From assembly GCA_963674865.2 (NCBI GenBank), contig CAXXYE010000006.1, forward strand, positions 160,001-224,000: a stretch of DNA of 64,000 bases, in the 5' to 3' direction. Positions 39,084-49,710 of the stretch are shown here, one piece after another. The notes beneath the pieces are model-generated. The model was given only the letters and a program-made list of their open reading frames with translations. It searched no databases and was not told the DNA's origin. The DNA comes from Candidatus Hydrogenedentota bacterium. GTDB taxonomy: Bacteria; Hydrogenedentota; Hydrogenedentia; Hydrogenedentales; SLHB01. Each line of letters opens with the position of its first letter. Within the stretch, counting starts at the first letter, position 1. Made by a program: the position numbers and the translations under genes.

Positions 39084-40688
39084 TCAGAATGAGACACCTG
39101 TCTCGAAGTGGAGACAATCCGCGTCATCACCGTGGGAGCCGCCGATAAATTCCAGGCCATTGGACGTCACGAAGTTGCCGTCTTCCAGCCCGTCACCGAC
39201 AAACAGGTGATCCCAACCCACGCAGAAGTACACGTCGTCGCTGTAGTAATAGGTGGCGCTTACGTCAATCTCCCAACCGAGTTCATCATCATTGTCGGAT
39301 GTCAAGAACCCGAGATCTGAGAAGAGGGGAAGGCGGAGCCGGTAGTTGCCGAATACCTTGCCCAGGTCGACATGCAGAGGCGCCTCGAACACCTCGTCGG
39401 CGAGGTAATATCCGGCACACATCGCCAGCTCCAGCTTCTCGCTCGGCGCTACCTCGACGCCTACGCTGAAGAGGTGGGCGTTGGACATCTCCGAACCGTC
39501 AAGTATCCCGCTGTAAGACCAGTTCGAGAAGAGGCGATTGAAGCTGACGCTCGAACCGGCGGAATAGAAGGGGTTGTACAAGGCCCCCAGCCATTTGGCG
39601 ACGCCGATCTCGCGGCCGTCTTCGCCCTGGAAATATCCGTATCCCGCAAACAGCCGCGGCTCCCAGGGCGCGTCGAAGGCATAACCAATGCAGAGATTGG
39701 CGGCCCAGGCGTCGTATTCGGCGCTATCATCGCCGTAAAGGACAGGCGTGAAGAGGCCCCCGGCCTGGCCTGCTTCGCCCCACTGGTAGGCCAACTCAGC
39801 CTCGAAATCGACGGCCCCAAACTCACCCGCGGCGCGGAGGCCTACGGTGTGAATACTGGTTGCGTCGTAATCGTCGACGCCAAACAGATCCTCCACCCAT
39901 TCGCCGACGTACGAGAGCTGCGTATCCTTGATGGCGCGAGCGTCGCGCAACCACATCCAATACACGTCGAAGGTGACGTTCTCCACGGCCTCACAGCTAC
40001 CGTAGACGCCGTAGAAATCGGTGTCGCCATCCTCTTCCGCGGGACTGTTTTCGGCCAACTTGCCCCACCAGGCATCGACGCTCCACACGTCGCTCGTGAA
40101 GTTCAGGCGGACGGCGTCAAATGACAACCCCCATGCCGGCCCGGGCCCATCCGTGTTAGGCCCCACGAGCCACTCGCCGCCGAAGCTCAGTTCCTGGCGG
40201 CCGATGCGAAGGGCCAGGGGATATCCAAACAACTCGCGCGCCTCGACATAGGCCTGGTAGATCTCGACATCGTCCGCCGACACGCCGCGTCCATCGCCGC
40301 CGGTAATCCAGTTGGAGCGGAAGTCCTCGCCCCATACGTCGACACTGTCCAGCTCGATAAAGGCCCGGACTTCATCGGTAAACTCAGCGTCGGCGTGCAG
40401 GCGTGTCCATTGCGAGATCAGGGAATAGCCGTGTCCGTGATCGTCAAATCCATAGCCGCTGAAGATCCCATTGCCGGCGCCGATGCCCGTTCCAATGGGA
40501 CGGCCCGAGAGAGCGTTGGCGGGCCATCGGAGGCCTGTTCCGGGCGGCTCTACATTGCGATAGTACTCCCCGAGGATGACAATATCGCCCCCGAGTTCCA
40601 CGCTCTGGAGCTCGGCACGGCCCGCGTATGCGAGAGCCAGCATACAAGCGGCGAACACCACGATCTTAAGCGCATGTCTTGCCAACAT
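39084..40688 (-). CDS. Outer-membrane beta-barrel, alginate-export (AlgE-like) family
   Basis: Signal peptide, YQAYVE, RIGRQEL.FG.EWLVG, SFDAVRL, ELAYQWG, LGWEID, terminal Phe (TGVSF). Confidence 0.8.
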   Translation of the reverse strand: MLARHALKIVVFAACMLALAYAGRAELQSVELGGDIVILGEYYRNVEPPGTGLRWPANALSGRPIGTGIGAGNGIFSGYGFDDHGHGYSLISQWTRLHADAEFTDEVRAFIELDSVDVWGEDFRSNWITGGDGRGVSADDVEIYQAYVEARELFGYPLALRIGRQELSFGGEWLVGPNTDGPGPAWGLSFDAVRLNFTSDVWSVDAWWGKLAENSPAEEDGDTDFYGVYGSCEAVENVTFDVYWMWLRDARAIKDTQLSYVGEWVEDLFGVDDYDATSIHTVGLRAAGEFGAVDFEAELAYQWGEAGQAGGLFTPVLYGDDSAEYDAWAANLCIGYAFDAPWEPRLFAGYGYFQGEDGREIGVAKWLGALYNPFYSAGSSVSFNRLFSNWSYSGILDGSEMSNAHLFSVGVEVAPSEKLELAMCAGYYLADEVFEAPLHVDLGKVFGNYRLRLPLFSDLGFLTSDNDDELGWEIDVSATYYYSDDVYFCVGWDHLFVGDGLEDGNFVTSNGLEFIGGSHGDDADCLHFETGVSF

Positions 40689-40794
40689 ATTCGATTTCTC
40701 TCCTTCCCGCGTCCGGGCCGCTTAAGGGGCCGAGACGTTCTTCCTCGCGCAAAGACCGACAACACCGGCCTTTGAGTCAGACACATATACCGTT

Positions 40795-40968
40795 TCATTT
40801 CCCGCTTCTGGAATCGGCCCGCAAGGCATTTTCGCAAACACCGGCCGCGTCACACGTCTTCTTGCCGCAAGCACAGGCCGGCGCCCGCCCGCTCAACGAG
40901 CGGTAAACCTTGCGAATGCCAAAGGCCGAAGCGAGTCCAACAACGATGATAACCACTGCGGTTTCCAT
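40795..40968 (-). CDS. FeoB-associated Cys-rich small membrane protein
   Basis: N-terminal TM helix followed by CACGKKTC...C; downstream of feoB. Confidence 0.7.
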   Translation of the reverse strand: METAVVIIVVGLASAFGIRKVYRSLSGRAPACACGKKTCDAAGVCENALRADSRSGK

Positions 40969-41119
40969 ATGCATACCTTCTCTCAATCAACGCCTGGCCA
41001 AGGGGGCCGCCCACTCGGCATTTCGCGGCAAGTTCTTTCCCCGCGACTCGTTCTCCAACTGCATAAGTCCGTTCTCTTCAACTCCCCGCGGTTCAAGGTG
41101 CCGCGCAATCCGCCGCAAC

Positions 41120-43243
41120 TCAGGCCACACCGATCCCCAGGCGCGAGCCAACCTGGAAGACGATGAATGTAAGGCCATAGGCCAAGGCGGTAAGCCCGCC
41201 CAATTGGAAAAGGGCCCATTTCCACGAGTTGGTTTCGCGCTTGGTGACGGCAATAGTCGCCATACAAGGCGCACTCACCAGACAGAATAACATGATACAG
41301 AAGGCCACCAGCGGCGAGTGATTCGCTCGAAGTCTGTCGCGCAACGCCTCGGACTCCTCGTCCGCCTCACCTATGGAGTAGACGATGCCCAACTGGGCAA
41401 CGAACACTTCCTTCGCGGCAAAGGCGCCAAGTAGCGCCGTCCCAATGCGCCAATCGAAGCCGAGAGGCTTCAGCAAGGGCTCCAGCCCGTGCCCAATCCG
41501 CCCCGAAATCGAGTGGGCCAGCTCCTCGGCGTGCTGCTCATTTGCCAAGCGCTCCGCCTCTTCTTCCATGCCCTGCTCCTCGTATCGGGCCGTCTCCGCC
41601 TCGTAGTCACGCTGAAACTCAGGCTTCTTGGGATAGCTCGTCATAGCCCACATCACGATGGAAATTCCCAGTATGAGCGTACCGGCCTTCTTGAGGTAGA
41701 GCCACCCGCGCTCCCACACGTGAACGGCTACGCCTCGTATCGTAGGCATGCGGTAGGGCGGCAGTTCCATGACGAGAGGGTGTGTTTCCCCTTTGAAAAG
41801 AGTTGAGCGGAGGCATTTTGCCGCGAGGACAGCCAGCACGACGCCGATGAGGTAGATCAGCCAGAGCATAGGAGCGTGCAGGCTTCGCGGGAAGAAGGCC
41901 GGGATAAGTAAGGCGTAGATGGGCAGACGGGCGCCGCAACTCATGAGCGGCGTCACGAGGATGGTGGTGAGCCGATCACGTTCATTTTCCAGTGTGCGTG
42001 TGGCCATGATGGCGGGCACGGAGCATCCGAAGCCGATAAGCATTGGGATGAAGCTCTTGCCATGCAGGCCGATCTTGTGCATGAGGCGATCCATGATGAA
42101 GGCTGCCCGTGCCATGTAGCCGGAATCCTCCAGGATGGCGATAGCCAGGAACAGCAGCAGAATGTTGGGAAGGAAGATGATTACGCCCCCCACACCGGCG
42201 ATCACGCCGTCCACCAGAAGGGATCTGAGGGCGCTCTCCGAGCCTTCAGGCCACCAGCCGGACACCGTATCGGCGAGCCAGCCCGTGCCCGCCTCGATCC
42301 AGTCCATAGGCGGCCCGCCCAGCGTAAACGTGAGCTGGAAAACCACGTACATGAGTCCTAAGAAGAGGGGCAGCCCGAGGATACGGTTGGTTACGACCGC
42401 GTCGAGCTTGTCGGACATGTTTCGCCGGGATTCGACGGAGGAGCGAACCGCCTCCCGGCAAGCGCCGGCGATGAAAGCGTAGCGAGAGTCCGCGATCACA
42501 TTCTCCGGCGCATCGCCAAGCCGCACCTCGAGCTGCCTATTGTGTTCCGCCACGGAGCGAAGTACATCCGGCGCCTTTACACGCCTTCGTACCTGCTCAT
42601 CATCCTCCAGTAACTTCAGCGCCATCCACTCGGCGACGTAATCGCCGGAAATGCCATCGCGTGTTGCGATGACCTCCGCCAAATCGGCCTTGGCCTTGTC
42701 CAAGTCAGCGCCATAGGAAATCACCGGCCGCGTGAATGTCACGCTCTTTTCCGCGACGGCGACTACCGCCTCCAGAAGCTCTTTGGCGCCCGTGCCCTTG
42801 ACGGCCGCCATCGGCACAATCGCCACGCCCAGGAGTTCGGATAGCCGCGCCAAGTCAAATTCGATGCCTCGAGCCTTGGCCACATCGCTCATGTTCAGCG
42901 CCAACACCAGCGGCACACCAAGCTCGATGAGTTGCACGGCTAAGTACAGATTGCGCTCAAGGTTGGACGCGTCAAGAACGTCCACCACGGCATCGGGTCG
43001 CTCTTCCACGATGAAGTCCCGTGCCACAACTTCCTCCACGGAATACGCCGTAAGGCTGTACGTGCCCGGCAGGTCTGTTATCTCAAACTCGTAGCCGTTG
43101 TGCTTGCGGCTCCCCTGCCGTTTTTCCACGGTTACGCCGGGATAGTTCCCAACGTGCTGTCTAGCGCCGGTTAACAGGTTAAACAGAGTGGTCTTGCCCG
43201 AATTCGGATTGCCCGCCAACGCTATTCGAATAGTCTTATTCAC
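41120..43243 (-). CDS. feoB: Ferrous iron transporter B
   Basis: [55 protein letters not shown]. Confidence 0.97.
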   Translation of the reverse strand: MNKTIRIALAGNPNSGKTTLFNLLTGARQHVGNYPGVTVEKRQGSRKHNGYEFEITDLPGTYSLTAYSVEEVVARDFIVEERPDAVVDVLDASNLERNLYLAVQLIELGVPLVLALNMSDVAKARGIEFDLARLSELLGVAIVPMAAVKGTGAKELLEAVVAVAEKSVTFTRPVISYGADLDKAKADLAEVIATRDGISGDYVAEWMALKLLEDDEQVRRRVKAPDVLRSVAEHNRQLEVRLGDAPENVIADSRYAFIAGACREAVRSSVESRRNMSDKLDAVVTNRILGLPLFLGLMYVVFQLTFTLGGPPMDWIEAGTGWLADTVSGWWPEGSESALRSLLVDGVIAGVGGVIIFLPNILLLFLAIAILEDSGYMARAAFIMDRLMHKIGLHGKSFIPMLIGFGCSVPAIMATRTLENERDRLTTILVTPLMSCGARLPIYALLIPAFFPRSLHAPMLWLIYLIGVVLAVLAAKCLRSTLFKGETHPLVMELPPYRMPTIRGVAVHVWERGWLYLKKAGTLILGISIVMWAMTSYPKKPEFQRDYEAETARYEEQGMEEEAERLANEQHAEELAHSISGRIGHGLEPLLKPLGFDWRIGTALLGAFAAKEVFVAQLGIVYSIGEADEESEALRDRLRANHSPLVAFCIMLFCLVSAPCMATIAVTKRETNSWKWALFQLGGLTALAYGLTFIVFQVGSRLGIGVA

Positions 43244-43277
43244 GGATGTTTCCTCGCAAGTACGCTACGGCATGAAA

Positions 43278-43295
43278 AGTTGGACATATCAAACT
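43278..43295. promoter_or_regulatory. Putative DtxR/MntR-type operator upstream of feoB
   Basis: AGTTGGA-CATA-TCAAACT, a near-copy of the palindrome at 44203-44220. Confidence 0.65.
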
Positions 43296-43395
43296 CTCGC
43301 CTCAAAAAAAGGGGGGCGCGAAGATGACGTCTCAGCGTGAGATGACGGCATGGTATGCTCGCTTCACCAGACTCTTAAATTGGTTCATGAACGGC

Positions 43396-44166
43396 CTACT
43401 CATCCGCAAGCGGCGAGAGCGTCTCGACTTGGATATTCTGGAGTTCCTCCTTCCGCAACGAAAGATGGTATCCCCTTACCTTCACGTCCACGGGATCGCC
43501 CAGTGGCGCCACGCGCTCCACCTCGATCACGGCGCCGGGCGTTATGCCCATGGCCCGTATGCGTTTCGATGTGGCGTCCCTTCCCTTTATCTTGGTGACC
43601 CTGACTTTGCGTCCAGGACTAAGCGTCGCTAATGCTACGGCCACTTTCTCCGCCTCCTTTGTATGTTTCTTCTTCCGGACATCGTCAAGGCAGGCTTCGA
43701 CGCATCGTTCGCAGTCATCCACACTGCGCCCTTCGGTGCATTGGTAACCGAAACCTTTGATCCACTTCGTGCCGGCCCGCGGACATGTCTCAATGTAGTC
43801 CACAAACTCGATGAACCGCTCCAACACCTCCCGGGGCACGGCATGCTCCATTTCACATGCGGCGCGATCCGCCAGCTTCTCATCTACAGCCAACACTTTC
43901 ACGAAGAAATCGTTAAGCGCCTCGTGACGGCGGGCGATCTCCGCTCCCATCACCTTGCCTTTACTCGTAAGCGTGACGACATCGTAGGGCGTGTAATTGA
44001 CGAGGGCATGCCGCTTGAGGGCGTGCAGCGCATTGGTGACCGACGAACGGTGCACCCTGAGCCGTTCCGCGATATCCTTAGCCCGCGCCACCTGCTTCTC
44101 GAGCACGATCATGTAGATAGCTTCCAAGTAATCCTCGAGACTGGCGCTCAGTGCCTCTTGAGCCAT
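43396..44166 (-). CDS. DtxR/MntR family metal-dependent regulator with Cys-rich linker and C-terminal FeoA domain
   Basis: SLEDYLEAIY, SSVT.AL, LT.KG...RRH, ACEMEH; then CPR...C...CERC...C; then RAMGITPG...RVAPLGDP...VRGYHLSLR (FeoA). Confidence 0.92.
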   Translation of the reverse strand: MAQEALSASLEDYLEAIYMIVLEKQVARAKDIAERLRVHRSSVTNALHALKRHALVNYTPYDVVTLTSKGKVMGAEIARRHEALNDFFVKVLAVDEKLADRAACEMEHAVPREVLERFIEFVDYIETCPRAGTKWIKGFGYQCTEGRSVDDCERCVEACLDDVRKKKHTKEAEKVAVALATLSPGRKVRVTKIKGRDATSKRIRAMGITPGAVIEVERVAPLGDPVDVKVRGYHLSLRKEELQNIQVETLSPLADE

Positions 44167-44202
44167 ATTCACCGCCCTCCAATTGTTTGCCGTGCCCTCA
44201 TA

Positions 44203-44247
44203 AGTTTGAGGCGTCAAACTCTACCACGCTCCCCCATCGCCTGTCAA
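44203..44247 (-). promoter_or_regulatory. Promoter TTGACA-N18-TAGAGT overlapped by palindromic operator AGTTTGA-N4-TCAAACT
   Basis: Perfect 7-bp inverted repeat at 44203-44220 overlapping the -10 box of the dtxR-like gene. Confidence 0.7.
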
Positions 44248-44428
44248 GTGGAGGGACAAGGCATTTAGAGGCGGCCGGCCAACCGATTCTCGGATGGCCA
44301 CTATAGTCATTTGTCACGTGGCAAACCGCCGGGCCGGTTCGCCTCACAAGGTGGCGGATATCGTTGATTTTCCCGGACATTTGCAGCAAGATGGCCCGGA
44401 AGGCGGCGCAAGTTTCCGAAGGAGGCAT

Positions 44429-45745
44429 ATGATGAGCAAAAAGGAGAAGAGCGATTTCCGTTACGAGACGGGCGACGCGAGAGTGCCCTGGGATGCCGTG
44501 GCGGTGAAGCCCGATAAGGACCTGGTGTTGGATATCCTTCGATTCCTCGTCCGCGAAGGGCGTGATACCGATGCCTACAGCAAGGCACTGCAAGCGGTTT
44601 CCGAAGGGGTGGACGCGCTCTTCGCCGCGGGAACGCCCGCCACGAAACTGACCTTGGGCGACAAGGTGAAAGAGGTGGAAACCTGTGCGCGCGAGTATCT
44701 TGGCGTCCAGCACGCGGCTTTTCTGGTGAATTGGACGGCGGGCTACGATATCGCGCTGGACATGGCCGGTGTGCGGCCCGGCGACGAAGTCATCGTGCCC
44801 GCTATCACCTTTATCGCGACGGCCAGCCCCGTGCTCCGAAAAGGGGCGAAACTGGTATTTGCGGACGTCGAGCGAGAAACTGTGAACATGGATCCCGCCG
44901 ATGTCGAACGCAAGATAACGGACAAGACGAAGGCCATTGTACCGGTGCATATCGGCGGATATCCCGTGGACATGGATCCCATTCTTGAACTCGCCCGAGC
45001 CCGGGGAATCACGGTGATCGAAGACGCCGCCCACGGCTTCGGAGGCACGTACAAAGGCACGAAGCTGGGCGCGGTGGGCGATTTCGGCGCTTTCAGCTTT
45101 CACGAGGTCAAGAACATCACCTCCCTGGGCGAAGGCGGCATTCTCGTTTCAAACAATGTCCTCGGCAGTCAATTCGCCATGGCCCGGTTCTGCGGATTCG
45201 ACCTCGAAGCCACACCGCCCGACACCTGGCTCTACAACATCAGTCCTATTCGCGCCAAGAGCGGCTTCTTCGCGGCCTCGAATTTCTCCGTCACCGAGAT
45301 CCAGGCCGTCGCGCTACTTCGATTGATGCACCGGAATGACGCGATCACCGAGGCGCGCCGCAAGATAGCGCGGCAGTTGCATGATGCCTTCGCCGAAGTG
45401 GACGGGTTGATCCCGGGGCGAATGCACGACGACGTGTTCGGCGCAACCTTCCATCTCTTCCTGCTGCGAGTAGACCCCGACGTCATCCCAGGCGGCATCC
45501 AGGCCATGAAGCAAGGACTCGCGGCCAAAGGCGTCACGCAGATCGCCCACTTCTGCCCCCTTTACCTCTACAAGATCTTCGAAGCGTTCGGCTACGACCA
45601 GGCCGCGGCCAGAGCGGCATGTCCGAACGCCGAGAGGGCGTTCTTCGAGGAGTACACCCACCTGCCTCTATACGATCTGCCCGAGGGCGCCGTAGCCTAC
45701 ATGGTGGACGCCGTCATCGATACCGCTAAGAGTCTGAAACGCTGA
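44429..45745 (+). CDS. DegT/DnrJ/EryC1/StrS family PLP aminotransferase
   Basis: GDEVIVPAITFIATA, VFADVE, KAIVPVH, IEDAAH, SFHEVKNITSLGEGG. Confidence 0.9.
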   Translation: MMSKKEKSDFRYETGDARVPWDAVAVKPDKDLVLDILRFLVREGRDTDAYSKALQAVSEGVDALFAAGTPATKLTLGDKVKEVETCAREYLGVQHAAFLVNWTAGYDIALDMAGVRPGDEVIVPAITFIATASPVLRKGAKLVFADVERETVNMDPADVERKITDKTKAIVPVHIGGYPVDMDPILELARARGITVIEDAAHGFGGTYKGTKLGAVGDFGAFSFHEVKNITSLGEGGILVSNNVLGSQFAMARFCGFDLEATPPDTWLYNISPIRAKSGFFAASNFSVTEIQAVALLRLMHRNDAITEARRKIARQLHDAFAEVDGLIPGRMHDDVFGATFHLFLLRVDPDVIPGGIQAMKQGLAAKGVTQIAHFCPLYLYKIFEAFGYDQAAARAACPNAERAFFEEYTHLPLYDLPEGAVAYMVDAVIDTAKSLKR

Positions 45746-45778
45746 AGAATGCACCGTAGTAGACGGGACAACTGCAAC

Positions 45779-46819
45779 ATGCACGAATACCGTGATGAAG
45801 TAACACAGGCCCGCGTGCGAGTCCTAACCTCAGGACGTCTGCACAACGAGGTCACTTACCAAACCTATCCCATGTGGACTCAGGAGATGCGCCACCTCCT
45901 CATCGGTTCCCGGCGCGATGGTGAGGCATGGCGCCCGCACGCCGTCGAGATGGCAAGCGGAGAGGTCCGTTGCCTCGTCGAAGCGGACGCCGATGATTGG
46001 GCCCTATCACGCAAGAGCGACCAGCTCTATTTCCGCGTGGGCGAGGACATGTTCTCTCGGGACGTCGAGGCAGCTTTCGGGAGCGGCGCCGGCGTCACGA
46101 AGGTGGCGAGCTTTGAGGGGTTGCCGGCCCTTAAACCGAATAACATGTCTCTCGACGCTCAAGAGAACGTGGCCTATGTGGGCGTCATCCTTCGCGAGAA
46201 AGAACGCTGGGGCATTGCCTCGCTGAATCTTGAGAACAGCCAGTGGGAGGTCATCGCTGAGGTGGACTTCCTGGCGAATCATGTGCAGGCGAATCCTTTC
46301 ACGCCCGGCGTCGTCATGTTCGCATGGGAAACGGGCGGCGACGCGCCGCAGCGGACGTGGGTGGTCAATGCCGATGGATCAGGCCTCCGCCCCTTCTACA
46401 AGGAAACCTATGAGGAATGGGTAACCCACGAGGTTTGGTGGGGGCCCGATCGCGCGATCTTCACCGTCTGGCCTTACGACGAGGCCCATCGCCGCCGACC
46501 CCATGGCGTCGTGAGCGCCGATCTCGCCACCGGGACGCCGACGGTGCATAGTCAATACCCGGCTTGGCACACCCACGGAAGCCCCGACGGGCGCTGGGCC
46601 GTCGGCGATGATTTCGATCGCAACCTATGGATTATCCGCATCGAAGACGGCCAGCGCCGCTTGCTCACCCAAGGGCACTTGGGCGAAGGTTTCGAGACAC
46701 ACCCCCACCCCTCGTTTACGCCGGATAGCCGCGGCGTCGTGTTCAATTCAAGCCGCTCCGGCACGGAAGACGTGTGTCTCGTCGACATCCCCGAGTGGGA
46801 TACTCTTCCGCTGCCTTAG
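45779..46819 (+). CDS. Oligogalacturonate lyase (Ogl/PL22)-like beta-propeller
   Basis: NHVQANP, FAWETGG...QRTW, THEVW, HPHPSFTPD...VFNS. Confidence 0.75.
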   Translation: MHEYRDEVTQARVRVLTSGRLHNEVTYQTYPMWTQEMRHLLIGSRRDGEAWRPHAVEMASGEVRCLVEADADDWALSRKSDQLYFRVGEDMFSRDVEAAFGSGAGVTKVASFEGLPALKPNNMSLDAQENVAYVGVILREKERWGIASLNLENSQWEVIAEVDFLANHVQANPFTPGVVMFAWETGGDAPQRTWVVNADGSGLRPFYKETYEEWVTHEVWWGPDRAIFTVWPYDEAHRRRPHGVVSADLATGTPTVHSQYPAWHTHGSPDGRWAVGDDFDRNLWIIRIEDGQRRLLTQGHLGEGFETHPHPSFTPDSRGVVFNSSRSGTEDVCLVDIPEWDTLPLP

Positions 46820-46844
46820 ATGGACGTAGACTCCCGGGCGCTTG

Positions 46845-49226
46845 CTAGAACCTCGCGTGGCGCTTCTTGCCGTAGAAGTTAAGCTCTTGTGTCGTACGCG
46901 GGAAGTCCGGCGGTGACAAGACTTCCGCCGCCGGCCGCTTGCCTTCGGGATAGAGGAGGTACTCTGTTTCTGCGGCCGTCTCAAACACAAGCGTTTCCGC
47001 ACTTAACGGAGCACCTGCCGCCGCGGGTGCTGATGCGCCGGGCGTAAGAGGCTCGATCACGACACCCTCCCCATCGAAAGGATTCCGAATCCGGCAGGTA
47101 CGGCCCTTCTCAGACTGAATCCGAACAAACGGAACCTGGCCCGCGTCGAGTCTGGACGTTACCAGGAAGGCCCCCTCGGCACGCAGATCCGCGAAATACG
47201 CGTCATGCCAGCGATCCGGCACGGTAGGAAACACCTGGATAATCCCGCCGTAGGACTGAAGCAGCATCTCCATGATAGCGGCCGCGGCGCCAAATCCGGC
47301 CTCGAGCGTCATCGGCTCGTAATCCCATTGGGAAAGGCCAAAGATCCGCGGATCGCCGTTGATATGGAAGGTGTTGGACATAATGAAGCCGTTGGCGTAC
47401 GCGTCGAGCATCTGCCAGGCCATGTTGCCGTAGCCCGCCCGGGAGGCAATGAGCGACATCCAGGGATACGCCCAGCCCGTCCACTCGCCCGTGCCTCTGC
47501 GGCGCACCTTGAGGAGCGACCCTTTGATCAAATCCCTGTCATCATCGCTCCCATCACGCGTGATAAGCCCCAATGGGTGTATCGCCATGAGGTGCGAGTG
47601 GTGGCGATGGGAATGAGAGAGCGTCCTCCCGGCGCTGATGAGGAGTCGGTTGTCATCGCGCACGTAGTCTGTCAATTCGGCCAGCACGGCCTGCGCGCGC
47701 TCGACAATGGGCGCCGCCGTCGAGAGAATCTCGTGCCCCTGGACAATCGCCCCGGCCAGAAACCGGATCAGCGCCAAGTCGCAATTCGGGTCGCTGCAGT
47801 ATCCCTCGAAGTCTCCCTCCCCCCATTCCGGCGAATAGCTCAAGGGCACGTGCAGCTTCCCGTCATCACCCGGCTCGATCAGGTTCGCGTAGGTGAGGAA
47901 GGCCCCCTCAATGATCGGGAGCGCCTCATCGCGAAGGAAGGCCTCGTCCTGCGAGTACAGATAGTGAAGCCAGTAATGGTGGGCGAGCCAGGCCACGTTG
48001 CCCGGCCAGAATTCCACACCGGAGTAGCCGAAGATGCGTTCCCCGCGGGGCCCGATGGCACACCCGGCCCAAAGGCCGTCGAAGCCGAAGAACTGTTGGC
48101 ACTGTTCCCGCCAACGAGGCAGGCAGGCCGAGAAAGTTCGGTAAAGCGGCTCGCCGAGGTCGAGGCGATTGGCCGTGTAAATGGGCCAATAGGACTGCTC
48201 AACGTTCATGTCGAGGTGGTAATCGCCGCTCCAGGGCGGCATGGCCCCGTCGAGCGTCCAGAGCCCTTGCAGAGTGATGGGCAGTTCGCCGGGCCGTGAA
48301 CAGCAGCCGAGCTTATACATCTCTGCGTAATACAGCGATTCGAGACGGGCGTCGGGAATCGTGAGATAGGAGCGCTCCCAGTAGGCGGCCCACCAATCGC
48401 GGTGCTCGGCCAGGGCCGCCTCGTAATCCGAAAAGCCATCACACTGCTTCTTGGCCGCGCGCAGCGGATCGGGGGCGTCCGCGGAGGACGCGACGGCAAC
48501 GCAGATAACCTCTGCGCCGTCCGTTGTTGCGCTAGGCACATGCCGCCACACAATGGCCAGTTCATATCCCGTGGGACTCTTGAGATACCACGAGCCACCA
48601 GCCTCGTCCGACTCGACTTCTGGGGCCGGATATCCCCAACGCTCGAGCTGTTTCTTCGCACCCTTGGATAGGTGATCCCAGCCGACCTTCACGCCCACCG
48701 GCCGCGCACCATCGCCGGACAGGCGCAGCAGGACAAGGTTGTGATTGGCGTGAACAAGCGCCTCCACCTTCACGGCCTTCTCGCCGAGTTTGCCCTCGAT
48801 GGCGGACGTAGCGGCGCCAAGGCGGAGTCGCGCGCTCCCCCACGCAAAGGGCTCGGCAAACGCGAGTTCGAGCCGGGGCAGAGGAAGCCGCGTCGGATCC
48901 TGCCCATCGGAGTAAATGCGCCAGCAGGCCAGCAGATCCTCTGCCTCCTTCTCCTTGCCCTCCTCGACGAGTTGCCGCAAGCGTTGATACGTCGCATCCG
49001 GCGCGGCTTTCTCGCGCGTTTCCCAGGCGTCGTACTTGTCGAGGGTAAGCCTGAGAGGATTGCCATCGCCCCAGATCAGCGCGCCGATGTCCCCATTGGC
49101 CAATGGAATCCCCTCGAGCCAGCGGACAGGCGGGGCCTCCCAAATCAAATCGTGCTGTTCCAGAAACTCGATTGGCGGAACGGGCGACGCCAGACAACTC
49201 ATCAGAGCAAGCACAGGAAACGGCAT
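46845..49226 (-). CDS. Glycoside hydrolase family 95-like protein (alpha-L-fucosidase/galactosidase)
   Basis: GIPLANGDIGA, LQGLW, WSGDYHLDMNVEQSYW, SYSPE, HRHHSHL..IHP, GLSQ..MTLEAGFG..AAIMEMLLQS, LRAEGAFLV. Confidence 0.82.
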   Translation of the reverse strand: MPFPVLALMSCLASPVPPIEFLEQHDLIWEAPPVRWLEGIPLANGDIGALIWGDGNPLRLTLDKYDAWETREKAAPDATYQRLRQLVEEGKEKEAEDLLACWRIYSDGQDPTRLPLPRLELAFAEPFAWGSARLRLGAATSAIEGKLGEKAVKVEALVHANHNLVLLRLSGDGARPVGVKVGWDHLSKGAKKQLERWGYPAPEVESDEAGGSWYLKSPTGYELAIVWRHVPSATTDGAEVICVAVASSADAPDPLRAAKKQCDGFSDYEAALAEHRDWWAAYWERSYLTIPDARLESLYYAEMYKLGCCSRPGELPITLQGLWTLDGAMPPWSGDYHLDMNVEQSYWPIYTANRLDLGEPLYRTFSACLPRWREQCQQFFGFDGLWAGCAIGPRGERIFGYSGVEFWPGNVAWLAHHYWLHYLYSQDEAFLRDEALPIIEGAFLTYANLIEPGDDGKLHVPLSYSPEWGEGDFEGYCSDPNCDLALIRFLAGAIVQGHEILSTAAPIVERAQAVLAELTDYVRDDNRLLISAGRTLSHSHRHHSHLMAIHPLGLITRDGSDDDRDLIKGSLLKVRRRGTGEWTGWAYPWMSLIASRAGYGNMAWQMLDAYANGFIMSNTFHINGDPRIFGLSQWDYEPMTLEAGFGAAAAIMEMLLQSYGGIIQVFPTVPDRWHDAYFADLRAEGAFLVTSRLDAGQVPFVRIQSEKGRTCRIRNPFDGEGVVIEPLTPGASAPAAAGAPLSAETLVFETAAETEYLLYPEGKRPAAEVLSPPDFPRTTQELNFYGKKRHARF

Positions 49227-49308
49227 GACGACCTCCCCAAAGCGTATTAGAACGGTTGAGAGGGCAAGCATATCGGACAAGGTGGGGCGGGTCAAAGAAG
49301 CAGAAAGG

Positions 49309-49689
49309 CTAGATGAGATCGTCGAGGAAAAGGCCCTGCGCCTCTTCCATGTGCTCGATCCAAGTCATGAATTCGTCGTGCGAAATGTCCTTCTTCACCA
49401 CGGACGCGATGGCGCCCTGGCCGTCGAGGGTGACAATGTCTATGAAGACCGCGTCACCTTCCCGGTAGACGCAGAACCGGTAGGGCGAGTGCTCCCGAAC
49501 CAGCGCCTCGTGCGCCAGTTCGGCCGCCTTGGCCAGTTCATTGAAGTGGTTCTTCGCCTCATCGCGCTGCCGGTGTTGATGGTGGTGACGCGCGCCCCGC
49601 TCGTGGACCTCCGCCGGCCGATCATTATAGGCCGGTGGCGCCGGCCCCACCTCGTGCACCCTGAATCGGCTTTCTTCATCGTCCGCCAT
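49309..49689 (-). CDS. Hypothetical protein, FlaG-like
   Basis: 126 aa; YRFCVYREGDAVFIDIV...KDISHDEF...GLFLD resembles the FlaG layout; AGGAGG RBS; sigma-28-type promoter upstream. Confidence 0.55.
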   Translation of the reverse strand: MADDEESRFRVHEVGPAPPAYNDRPAEVHERGARHHHQHRQRDEAKNHFNELAKAAELAHEALVREHSPYRFCVYREGDAVFIDIVTLDGQGAIASVVKKDISHDEFMTWIEHMEEAQGLFLDDLI

Positions 49690-49710
49690 CGGATTGGCCT
49701 CCTAAAGACT

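Noticed and set aside
39084..40688. Alginate biosynthesis/export locus
   Set aside because: Only the barrel-family gene is present; no alg8/alg44/algK-type genes
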